DNA of 64,000 bases from a virus, in IMG/VR virus record IMGVR_UViG_3300017917_002814, positions 32,001 to 96,000 of that record. One strand, written 5' to 3'. The position numbers and the translations under genes are program-made. Below the pieces are notes generated by a model. That model was not told the DNA's origin. It saw nothing but the letters and a program-made list of their open reading frames with translations, and made no database searches. Below, one piece after another: positions 20,408 to 29,134 of this stretch (position 1 is the stretch's first letter; every line of letters begins with the position of its first letter).

Positions 20408-21120
20408 CTAATTTTATAATTACAGGATGCAGTTTTTCGGCTGGAATTATTCCTTTACCTCACAATACTGTAAAGGATTGGGAAGATCGTGGTAGTGTAT
20501 GGCCTCACTTTTGTTTTGCAAAAATGAATCCATCAAGAGATAAATTTTTAAATTTAGCGATTCCGGGCGGTGGTAATTTAGCATCATTCATGAATTTAAT
20601 TTATGTGTTAGAAACAAATAAGAATGATGTAACTCCAGATAACACGCTCATTGGATTCAATATTACCGGTATGAATCGATATGATATAATAGGAAGTCCA
20701 GAAAGAGATAATATTAATAAAGATATGTGCTGTATTGACCCTGAAGGTATTTTACATCCAAGCGAAATGTTGGGATTCGGATGGATAACAAAACCAAACT
20801 ACAATTTAAATACATATATTATTTCAGAGTTAGTTATTCTAGCATGTTTAAGTTATTTAGAATCAAGAAACTTTAACTATTTTTTTATGTTAATGAATGA
20901 TTCAATATACACAGACTCATCGTTTATGTTTCAACAGGTGTTAGATGAAAGAAAAACAAATTGGATTATTTTCAATAAAATCAAAGGAATGGCAGAATTC
21001 GCAAAAGATCATCATCAGCTTAAATCAGACGGCCATCCTACTACAATAGGACATAAAATAATAAGCGAATTCGTTCTTGATTGGATTAGAGAAAAACATA
21101 AACATTATATCAATGAATAA
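20404..21120 (+). CDS. SGNH/GDSL-like protein
   Basis: GCSFS, GGGN, DGHP..GH. Confidence 0.6.
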   Translation: MTNFIITGCSFSAGIIPLPHNTVKDWEDRGSVWPHFCFAKMNPSRDKFLNLAIPGGGNLASFMNLIYVLETNKNDVTPDNTLIGFNITGMNRYDIIGSPERDNINKDMCCIDPEGILHPSEMLGFGWITKPNYNLNTYIISELVILACLSYLESRNFNYFFMLMNDSIYTDSSFMFQQVLDERKTNWIIFNKIKGMAEFAKDHHQLKSDGHPTTIGHKIISEFVLDWIREKHKHYINE

Positions 21121-22405
21121 ACCAAGTGCTTTATGTATGGCACCGTGGACTCATACATACCTTAGTCCACAAACAGAACGCAGATTGTGTTGTGCCAGCA
21201 GGGAACCTGCACAAAATTTTCAACAATATATTGATACCAGCATCGGTACAGGCAAGTATATACCTATTACCCTAGAAGAATACTGGAACGGAGACCACAT
21301 GCGCAGTGTACGCAGACGTATGCTGGCAGGAGAAACTTTGCCTGAGTGTGCAGTATGTAATGACCGACTGTTGAACACCGACGTTTACCGCAGTTATTTT
21401 AACAACTTGTTTGCACATAAGTACAAGCAAGTACTAGAAACAACTGACGCTTCGGGCTCAACGACCATGAAGCCCGTTAGCTGGGATTATAGATTTAGTA
21501 ATCTCTGCAACTTCAAATGCCGTATGTGCGGTGACATGCTGTCTAGTTCATGGGAAAGCGAACAGAGACAACACCAAATGATCAATTGGTCTAATCCAAA
21601 AAACAATTGGATGAAGCCTGAAATCAAAAGCGAAATTGAGAAGTTTCAAACAACTCAAATTGAAGCCGAGTTCGCAGCAGCAGTAGAGGACCACCGTGTA
21701 GAAGAAGTGTACTGGGTGGGGGGAGAACCGCTAATGTACGAGCAACATTGGCGGTATATGCAGCGCATTATAGAACTAGGAGACGCACCAAATGTTTACG
21801 CTAGATACAACACTAATCTTAGCCGCATTGATTATAGAGGTTGTAATCTTTATAGGAATATTCTTAGTCAATTACGAGATTGGCAAATATGTGCAAGTAT
21901 CGATGGCACAGGCCAAATTGGAGAATATATCAGAACAGGCCTTGATTATGAAACGTGGCTTGCAAACTTTAAGGCAGGAGTTGCGGTTGCTAACCACCGA
22001 AGACAAATGAGAATAGACTTCACTCTTACCCTTCCGGGTATGTTTGAAGTTGAAAATATACAGCAGTTAGGTAACGATTTGGGCGTTGACATCCTTGCTA
22101 AGGTTGTCTTTAGTTTTACACCAGACATAGTTATGTCACCTTTAGCCCTACCCAGGAGCATATTAGAACCATGGGTAGATGAAATCATAAACGCCGGAGT
22201 AGCCGGTCCATTAAAGGATATACTAGTTCAGTTAAAAACACGCCCTACCTTTCAAGAACAATATGGTATTGATGCTTATCTCAAAGGAGTTGCTCAAGGC
22301 AAGGCTCGTGTGTTACAATTAGAGTCTATTCGTAGTCAACCTATTACAATGGATGAAATATTATCAAAGAGAGCAGATGTATATGAGTGGTGGCAATCAA
22401 TTTGA
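21113..22405 (+). CDS. Radical SAM protein with N-terminal twitch/SPASM-like Cys cluster
   Basis: CNFKCRMC, VGGEP; CMAPW, CC, CAVC; ATG 21113 preferred over ORF-track start 21077. Confidence 0.9.
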   Translation: MNKPSALCMAPWTHTYLSPQTERRLCCASREPAQNFQQYIDTSIGTGKYIPITLEEYWNGDHMRSVRRRMLAGETLPECAVCNDRLLNTDVYRSYFNNLFAHKYKQVLETTDASGSTTMKPVSWDYRFSNLCNFKCRMCGDMLSSSWESEQRQHQMINWSNPKNNWMKPEIKSEIEKFQTTQIEAEFAAAVEDHRVEEVYWVGGEPLMYEQHWRYMQRIIELGDAPNVYARYNTNLSRIDYRGCNLYRNILSQLRDWQICASIDGTGQIGEYIRTGLDYETWLANFKAGVAVANHRRQMRIDFTLTLPGMFEVENIQQLGNDLGVDILAKVVFSFTPDIVMSPLALPRSILEPWVDEIINAGVAGPLKDILVQLKTRPTFQEQYGIDAYLKGVAQGKARVLQLESIRSQPITMDEILSKRADVYEWWQSI

Positions 22406-23573
22406 AGTTACAGTAACTTTAAGGAATCCAGTTGATTACGATGATATTATCAAATATTACATTGATGTTTATGATAATACTTTAGCTAAAGATTGGATAA
22501 ACGCACTTAAATTATTACTGAAATCAAATAGCCTGTTGGAAAAAAATTTTTGTTTTATGGGATTTCCTAATACAAAGAGAACATTAGAGTTATTATGTAA
22601 CCAACTGAATAAATCTGTTTTTCAGATCAATAAATTTAACAGCGAACTTTATTGGGTGAAAGCAGGATTACAGTCCTATATTATCGAGGATTATTTTACA
22701 CCAGATACAGTTAGATTTGGCACAGAGTATTCAATGCCAAGTAGATTACATCCAGAAGGAAATCAAGATTTTCATCAGATTCAACATCTTGGGCTTGTAG
22801 CCAAAAAAAATATTTTGAACAGTTTGCATAATCATTTTGAAATTTTACAAGGCACAGTTGATCAACCAAGCGAATACTACTTGATTGCTGATTACGAAAC
22901 AAAGTATGCAATCAGACAGTTGAATGTTCTTTGTCATGAAATTGAAAATCTAACTCTAAGTCAACTTAAAGAAATGACTATGCCCGAATGGATTAGACCC
23001 AGTCAAATTACAACTTGGTTGCATGCGCCAAGATACAAATTGACAAACGAACATCGTAAATTGTTTTTACAAAATGGATATGATAGAAGATTCGGAAAGG
23101 TGTATATGCACTGGGCACAAATTGGTAAAACATTGTTTGAAGTTTTTAGAGATGAAAATGCCCCCAAATTAGATAGTGCCAAGTGTGCGGCAATTACTCA
23201 TTTAGAATATTATAGCGGTGAATTTGATGTAGAATGGGGATTGGATGTTGTAAGCGGCGAAGGGTCTAGGCATTTTTGGCATGTTGAAGAACAAAAATTA
23301 TTTAGAGAATGGCTTATAAAAAATAATTTAGATCCAAATGATACCCGTTTAAGTCTTGGTTATTTGCCAATTGGCGAAGTAAATTTACAAAAAAGTTTTG
23401 GTACAGAAAATCATTTTGAAATATGGAAAATACTAGGAAATCATTTAGATATATTTTCTATAGAAGTAAATGGCATAGTTGGAGTATACGATTATTGTTG
23501 GAGTGATCCAGATTATAAAAAAATGCAAATAGATATAATGAGACCAGGATATGATTTTAGTAGCCGGCGGTGA
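22353..23573 (+). CDS. Hypothetical protein
   Basis: 406-aa ORF in operon; LH.HFE and LN..CHE His motifs, function unknown. Confidence 0.6.
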   Translation: MKYYQREQMYMSGGNQFEVTVTLRNPVDYDDIIKYYIDVYDNTLAKDWINALKLLLKSNSLLEKNFCFMGFPNTKRTLELLCNQLNKSVFQINKFNSELYWVKAGLQSYIIEDYFTPDTVRFGTEYSMPSRLHPEGNQDFHQIQHLGLVAKKNILNSLHNHFEILQGTVDQPSEYYLIADYETKYAIRQLNVLCHEIENLTLSQLKEMTMPEWIRPSQITTWLHAPRYKLTNEHRKLFLQNGYDRRFGKVYMHWAQIGKTLFEVFRDENAPKLDSAKCAAITHLEYYSGEFDVEWGLDVVSGEGSRHFWHVEEQKLFREWLIKNNLDPNDTRLSLGYLPIGEVNLQKSFGTENHFEIWKILGNHLDIFSIEVNGIVGVYDYCWSDPDYKKMQIDIMRPGYDFSSRR

Positions 23574-24375
23574 CAGTTTTATTTTTGGAGCTGAATTAAA
23601 GGATCAAATTCTTGGTCCTAGTCTAAGCACATATCCAGCATTATTGGCAAAAGAAAAAAATATAAATTATCATTGTGCTGCCTGGTCTGGTAATGCCAAT
23701 AATGCCATAAGTCGTATGACGATGGCAGCATGCGAATACTTTAAAAAACAAAATCAAACAGTATTAGCATTAGTGACTTGGACTTTTACTAATAGATATG
23801 AGTTTAGATTTAATTATAATACCAAACAACAAATCAGCCCATGGTATAGTATCAACGCTTGGTCCACAGTAGACGACTTATCAATAATTGAAAATGAATT
23901 TAAATCTAAAAATGACGCTATATTACATTTCCAAAAAGAAAATATAAACACAGCAAAACAAACTGGTATAGCGGAATTTTCTAAAATATTCTTTCAGCAT
24001 GTTGGAGACAATGAGTATTATGAATTGTATTCTAGTCTCAAAGAAATTTTGTTTTTACAAAATTATATGAAAATAAACAATATACCTTATTTGTTTGTAC
24101 CCGCTGATAATCATTTTTACGATCATCCAAATTATTTTAGAAGGAAAGATGAATATATTGATTCACTTTATAACCAAATTGATTGGAATAACTGGTTCTT
24201 TTTTGAATCTGGTACACAAGTAAATCATACTAAAGAACCTCGAGGCTTTTATCAATGGGCAGTAGAAAATAAATATCCAGTGGGAACAACACATCCTCTT
24301 GAAGAAGCACATTCTGCAGCAGCAATTTTATTAAAGGAAAAATTCAATGAATTGGTTACGAAATCTTTGGAATAA
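23551..24375 (+). CDS. SGNH/GDSL-like protein
   Basis: GDSF, GNAN, WT...R, THPLEEAH. Confidence 0.6.
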   Translation: MILVAGGDSFIFGAELKDQILGPSLSTYPALLAKEKNINYHCAAWSGNANNAISRMTMAACEYFKKQNQTVLALVTWTFTNRYEFRFNYNTKQQISPWYSINAWSTVDDLSIIENEFKSKNDAILHFQKENINTAKQTGIAEFSKIFFQHVGDNEYYELYSSLKEILFLQNYMKINNIPYLFVPADNHFYDHPNYFRRKDEYIDSLYNQIDWNNWFFFESGTQVNHTKEPRGFYQWAVENKYPVGTTHPLEEAHSAAAILLKEKFNELVTKSLE

Positions 24376-24448
24376 AGTTAGATTAGAAATAAGGTATAGA
24401 CGTAAACTAAGAGAATTACGTAAAAGAGATCCTTTTATATACAAATGA
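24347..24448 (+). CDS. Small basic protein, 33 aa (MNWLRNLWNKVRLEIRYRRKLRELRKRDPFIYK), not in ORF track
   Basis: AAGGA upstream, fills the gap, TGA overlaps the next ATG (ATGA). Confidence 0.65.
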   Translation: MNWLRNLWNKVRLEIRYRRKLRELRKRDPFIYK

Positions 24449-25092
24449 TTCATGCCATTGGGGACAGCTTCACTTACGGTGATGAGTTGCAATCACACGA
24501 ACATGCCTGGCCATCGGTGTTGGCCAAAAAAATTGATAAAGATATTGGAAACTTAGGCAAATCTGCTACAGGTAACACACGTATAGTAAAACGCACAATT
24601 GATGCAGTAATTGATAAAAGTGAGATGATTATCATTGGGTGGAGTGATTGCAACAGGCAAGAATTCGCAGATGATATTGGAATATACGATATTTGGGCTG
24701 GTAGAAATTATCGAGCAATGCAAACCCATGATCATACGCATCGAATTGATTTAATAAAATACGTCACAGCTTACGACAACCCTGAATATTATTATTCAAA
24801 TTGGCTACGGCAAATCATACTAGTGCAAAGTTTATGTAAATTACACCAGATTCCGTGCGTGATGTTTATTGCATGCGGGTCAAATAAAAATCATTTACAA
24901 TACTATAAAAAATTTTCAAAGTTACTAAATGCCGTTGATCAATCTATTTTTGTCGACAATATGTTTACAAGCGTAAATGAATGGACATACGGAACAGCAC
25001 AAGGTCCTGGTGGACATCCTCTTGAGGCAGGGCATGAAATTATAGCAAATAAAATTTATGAACATATTAGGAATAAGTGCTGGGTTTCATGA
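24445..25092 (+). CDS. SGNH/GDSL-like protein
   Basis: GDSFTYG, TGN, WS...R, GHPLEAGH. Confidence 0.65.
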   Translation: MIHAIGDSFTYGDELQSHEHAWPSVLAKKIDKDIGNLGKSATGNTRIVKRTIDAVIDKSEMIIIGWSDCNRQEFADDIGIYDIWAGRNYRAMQTHDHTHRIDLIKYVTAYDNPEYYYSNWLRQIILVQSLCKLHQIPCVMFIACGSNKNHLQYYKKFSKLLNAVDQSIFVDNMFTSVNEWTYGTAQGPGGHPLEAGHEIIANKIYEHIRNKCWVS

Positions 25093-26542
25093 CGCTGCTG
25101 CCGCAGTAATTGATCGTCGAGGCAATATACTGTACGCAGCACATAGTGAGCGTTATAGCCGAATCAAAAACGACGCTAATCTTTGTCGCGACATGATGGA
25201 TGATATCATAGATCAATTTCCTATCTCCCATGTTGCATATTACGAAACGCCATGGAAGAAACAATTGCGTAGGTTGTATAGTGGCGAAGGCATAGAATGG
25301 AATAAATTATCTACTAAACGAATACTTACAGAACAATTTGGCGGATGGGCGCATATTCCCAGTTATAGCTCACACAACCATCATCTTAGTCATGCCGCAG
25401 CAGGATTTCAAACCAGTCCATACGATCGTGCCACGGTAGTAGTCATTGATGCCATTGGCGAATGGGATACTATTAGCATATGGGGCGCAGAGTACGATAG
25501 TAGAGGTTACGCTCAATATAAACGATTATGGAGACAACAATATCCTCACAGTATAGGTCTGTTTTATTCGGCAATGACAAAAAAAGTTGGCCTAAAGCCC
25601 AACGAAGATGAATATATTTTAATGGGAATGAGTGCGTATGGTAGACCAGGATACACAACATCATTGCAAGACTTATTGGTAGAAAATGAATGGCAGGCTA
25701 CGTTCAAACACAATTTACATGTTGGCTTAGACACTGAACCTTTGGCTAAACATTTACACGATACAGATTTGGCAGCCGCAACACAAAAAGTGTTAGAAAG
25801 ACTAGTATACAATATCATGCGCCGTGCTAGAGACTTTGGTTGGAGCACCAATCTTGTATATATGGGCGGTGTTGCTTTAAACTGTTTAGCAAATAGAAAC
25901 CTCGGAGAATATTTTGAAAACATTTGGATTATGCCTAATCCTGGTGATGCTGGTAGTAGCCTTGGTGCTGCCGCACTTGCATATGGGCGTCGTGTTAATT
26001 GGGTCAATGCTTATCTTGGCCATGATATTCCGGGAGCATATCCCGTTACACCCATACTTGATAGTTTACTATCTGACGGTATTTGTGGTGTTGCTAATGG
26101 TCGTGCTGAGTTTGGTCCACGTGCTTTAGGTAATAGAAGTTTATTGGCAGATCCAAGAGGACCCAAAATAAAGGATAGAGTAAATGAAATCAAACGCAGA
26201 CAAAAGTTCAGACCTTTCGCTCCTGTTATATTGGAAGAGATGGCTGATCAGTACTTTATTTTCCGCGATGGGTGGCATAATAGCCGTTATATGCAGTCAG
26301 TCGCTCAGTGCAGGTATACTGACCGTTTTCCTGCTATCTGCCATTATGATGGGACCAGTCGAGTACAAACGGTACCACGAGATGGGTCAGGAATTAGAGA
26401 ACTCTTAGAAAAGTGGTTCATGCTTACAGATTGTCCTATGCTGCTAAACACTAGTTTAAACATCAAAGGCGAACCAATGGTAAATGATCGAGCAGATGCA
26501 GATAGATTTGAAAGTAAATACGGTATAAAGGTATTTTCATGA
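25058..26542 (+). CDS. Carbamoyltransferase, NodU/CmcH family
   Basis: HDAAAA, ERYSRIK, HHLSHA, GGVALNC, GDAG, EFGPRALGNRS, FRPFAP, LNTSLN. Confidence 0.95.
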   Translation: MNILGISAGFHDAAAAVIDRRGNILYAAHSERYSRIKNDANLCRDMMDDIIDQFPISHVAYYETPWKKQLRRLYSGEGIEWNKLSTKRILTEQFGGWAHIPSYSSHNHHLSHAAAGFQTSPYDRATVVVIDAIGEWDTISIWGAEYDSRGYAQYKRLWRQQYPHSIGLFYSAMTKKVGLKPNEDEYILMGMSAYGRPGYTTSLQDLLVENEWQATFKHNLHVGLDTEPLAKHLHDTDLAAATQKVLERLVYNIMRRARDFGWSTNLVYMGGVALNCLANRNLGEYFENIWIMPNPGDAGSSLGAAALAYGRRVNWVNAYLGHDIPGAYPVTPILDSLLSDGICGVANGRAEFGPRALGNRSLLADPRGPKIKDRVNEIKRRQKFRPFAPVILEEMADQYFIFRDGWHNSRYMQSVAQCRYTDRFPAICHYDGTSRVQTVPRDGSGIRELLEKWFMLTDCPMLLNTSLNIKGEPMVNDRADADRFESKYGIKVFS

Positions 26543-26976
26543 CAACCAGAATACTTATAATGGGATTACCAGGTGCAGGAAAAACTACATTGGCTCTGAA
26601 CTTGCTTGGTTACTTCAGTCCTGATGTTCTTTGGCTCAATGCTGACGAAATCAGACGTAAATTTGATGATTGGGATTTTAGCCACGATGGTAGAATTCGA
26701 CAGAGCAGGCGAATGCGAGAAATTGCAGATGTGTCGAACAGAGACTATATAATTGCAGACTTTGTGTGTCCATTGCCGGAAATGCGCGATATATATGATC
26801 CTCATTTTTTAATCTGGGTAGACACAATTACAGAAGGAAGATTTGAAGATACCAATAGAGTATTTGTGCCTCCAGAAAAATACGATGCTAGAGTAACAGA
26901 ACAAGATGCAGGTAGATGGGCTAAGGAAATACATGAACAAATATCACATAAGATTCAATCATCAACACAACGGTAA
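26539..26976 (+). CDS. Adenylylsulfate kinase-like P-loop kinase
   Basis: GLPGAGKTT, NADEIR, DFS..GR.RQ..RM, DFVCP. Confidence 0.75.
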   Translation: MTTRILIMGLPGAGKTTLALNLLGYFSPDVLWLNADEIRRKFDDWDFSHDGRIRQSRRMREIADVSNRDYIIADFVCPLPEMRDIYDPHFLIWVDTITEGRFEDTNRVFVPPEKYDARVTEQDAGRWAKEIHEQISHKIQSSTQR

Positions 26977-27505
26977 CGGAAAGCTGTGGCGTGTGTTTGA
27001 AAATGGTAAAGAATATCTGGTAGAACATTTAGACATTCGTGTGCCTATACGAGATGATGTAACTGTAGAAAACGGCGTTGAGAAATGGAATATTTACTGC
27101 GAAGGATATCTATCGATTACAAACAGTACTGCTCGAATAGAAGCCACCCCTACATTTGATTGGAGAAAACCAACAGTACAAATGCTTGGTCGTTGGCAAC
27201 CATGGCATGCAGGCCATCGTGCATTGTTTGAACGTGCAATTAAAAAAACTGGACAAGTATGTATTATGATTCGTGACTGCCAAGATTGGAATCACAGTAA
27301 TCCATTTGATGTAGAAGCAGTTAAAAATTATATTCGCGCAGATTTGGATCCTGAATATAAAGGAAGGTATGAGATTGTTATAGTGCCTAATATCGTAAAC
27401 ATCACATACGGTCGTGATGTTGGATATATCATAGAACAAGAAACTTTTGATGACGCCACACAGGCTATTAGCGCCACTGCTATAAGAAAACAAATGGGTG
27501 TATGA
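26933..27505 (+). CDS. HxGH nucleotidyltransferase (cytidylyltransferase-like) with N-terminal extra domain
   Basis: GRWQPWHAGH and ISATAIR motifs. Confidence 0.75.
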   Translation: MNKYHIRFNHQHNGNGKLWRVFENGKEYLVEHLDIRVPIRDDVTVENGVEKWNIYCEGYLSITNSTARIEATPTFDWRKPTVQMLGRWQPWHAGHRALFERAIKKTGQVCIMIRDCQDWNHSNPFDVEAVKNYIRADLDPEYKGRYEIVIVPNIVNITYGRDVGYIIEQETFDDATQAISATAIRKQMGV

Positions 27506-27957
27506 TGAAAGAAAAATTTAAAAATGCCTATATGCAAACCGCACAAACTTTTGCTCAACTTAGTCACGCCAAAAGATTAAAAGTAGGTTGCATCATAGTC
27601 AAAGACGATAGGATTATCTCAATTGGTTATAATGGTATGCCGGCTGGGTGGGATAACAACTGTGAAGATGAAACACTAGAATTATATTCAGGATTTGAAG
27701 GTGCTATACATCGAACCGTTTTAAAAACTAAACCAGAAGTATTGCACGCCGAGTCGAATGCTTTAGCTAAACTTGCACGGAGTAACGAATCAGGTGAAGG
27801 ATCCACATTGTTTGTTACTCACAGCCCTTGCCTTGATTGTGCCAAACTAATTTATCAATCTGGTATTAAAAAGTTGCTGTATAAAATAGCGTACCGGGAT
27901 GATTCTGGGATTGATTTTCTATGTAAGTCTGGGGTGGAAGTTGAGCAAATGCCTTAG
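27502..27957 (+). CDS. dCMP deaminase
   Basis: GYNG, HAESNA, SPCLDC zinc motifs. Confidence 0.92.
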   Translation: MMKEKFKNAYMQTAQTFAQLSHAKRLKVGCIIVKDDRIISIGYNGMPAGWDNNCEDETLELYSGFEGAIHRTVLKTKPEVLHAESNALAKLARSNESGEGSTLFVTHSPCLDCAKLIYQSGIKKLLYKIAYRDDSGIDFLCKSGVEVEQMP

Positions 27958-29134
27958 TTAGATTTTCTTCAAGCTCGTGCCAAATAGAAGATACAAATTT
28001 TTTACTAAAGAATAAATTGAAGTTATGTTCTAAAACTTCTTCCATGTCACATAACATTTCAAACAATTCATGGTTAGATAATTTACTCAGATTTTCTAAA
28101 ATTTTAACAACTAATTGCATTCGCATCAATGGATCTTGGCATTGATCATAACTTTCGTCCCACCATCTATCAAAAGTTTTAAATCCATATTCTTTAAGGT
28201 ATGCTAGATTATTGACGCAACCTAATAAAATAAAAGGTTGTTTCAATACTATAGGTTTAAAAATTTTTTCAGTTAGATGTTTCTTTTTATCCCAAAAACA
28301 AGTCTCTGTTACTATTTGAACAAAACTTTCCATAGATTGGGGTATTGGATCCACAGTAAAACTAGAATTTTTTATTGCTTTGTCTTGGCAGGAGTCAATT
28401 CGTAAAATTGGCAATAATTCAATAGCTTTTATAGTTTCATCACCTAATTCTTGAGGTAATTGGTATTTTTGAATTGCTTCAAATATAGAATTAGTTAAAT
28501 TACCATGTACAGGACATTCTTTACTAAAACTTATATGTCCATCATCTAATAATTTTTTTTCTGCTAACATAGTAACAAAAAAAGCTCTATAAATTCTAGA
28601 ATTGCCAGTAATTCTATTAAAGGTAATAAACTTTTTGTTTATAGTTCTTTGTCTAATAGGCAGTATGTTGTGAGCATATTCGTAACCTCTAAACCAATCA
28701 ACCGCCGCCAAGGCATGATAAAAATAATAACAATCGACAAAATTATATTGTTGAAGAATTTTATTTTTTTGTTCGCTGTCTTTTTCTGTGTTAAGTAATA
28801 TTGTAGGAATTTTTTTGTGGCTTTTGTTATTCAATGAATAAAAAGTTATATTTTTATCATGGTATTGACTAAAGAAAGTGTGCGATTGATTTTGATCTAA
28901 AATTTCAAACCATGTATGAGCATCATATTTGTCAAAGGTTTGCTGTGTATAGTTCAAATCTAAAGGTTCCTGGTCGTAACAAAGTAAAAAGACTTCGGGT
29001 TCGTTGATGCCAAGAAATTCTATATTTTCAAATTTAGTTGTCCCAAAAGGAAAAAAATATGCAAGTTTTATTTTTTGAACTTTACTTTTTGCATATTCTA
29101 GTATAAAATTATAATGACTGTTTATATTATACAT
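27866..29134 (-). CDS. Putative GT-B-like glycosyltransferase (EK..(R/K)PI family), inverted relative to neighbours
   Basis: IVTET..HLTEKIFKPI..QPFILLG..LKEYGFKTFDRWWDESYD. Confidence 0.5.
   Translation of the reverse strand: MYNINSHYNFILEYAKSKVQKIKLAYFFPFGTTKFENIEFLGINEPEVFLLCYDQEPLDLNYTQQTFDKYDAHTWFEILDQNQSHTFFSQYHDKNITFYSLNNKSHKKIPTILLNTEKDSEQKNKILQQYNFVDCYYFYHALAAVDWFRGYEYAHNILPIRQRTINKKFITFNRITGNSRIYRAFFVTMLAEKKLLDDGHISFSKECPVHGNLTNSIFEAIQKYQLPQELGDETIKAIELLPILRIDSCQDKAIKNSSFTVDPIPQSMESFVQIVTETCFWDKKKHLTEKIFKPIVLKQPFILLGCVNNLAYLKEYGFKTFDRWWDESYDQCQDPLMRMQLVVKILENLSKLSNHELFEMLCDMEEVLEHNFNLFFSKKFVSSIWHELEENLTKAFAQLPPQTYIENQSQNHPGTLFYTATF

Noticed and set aside
14145-22405. RiPP cluster
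   Set aside because: No convincing precursor, RRE/PqqD domain, protease or transporter; context is sugar enzymes
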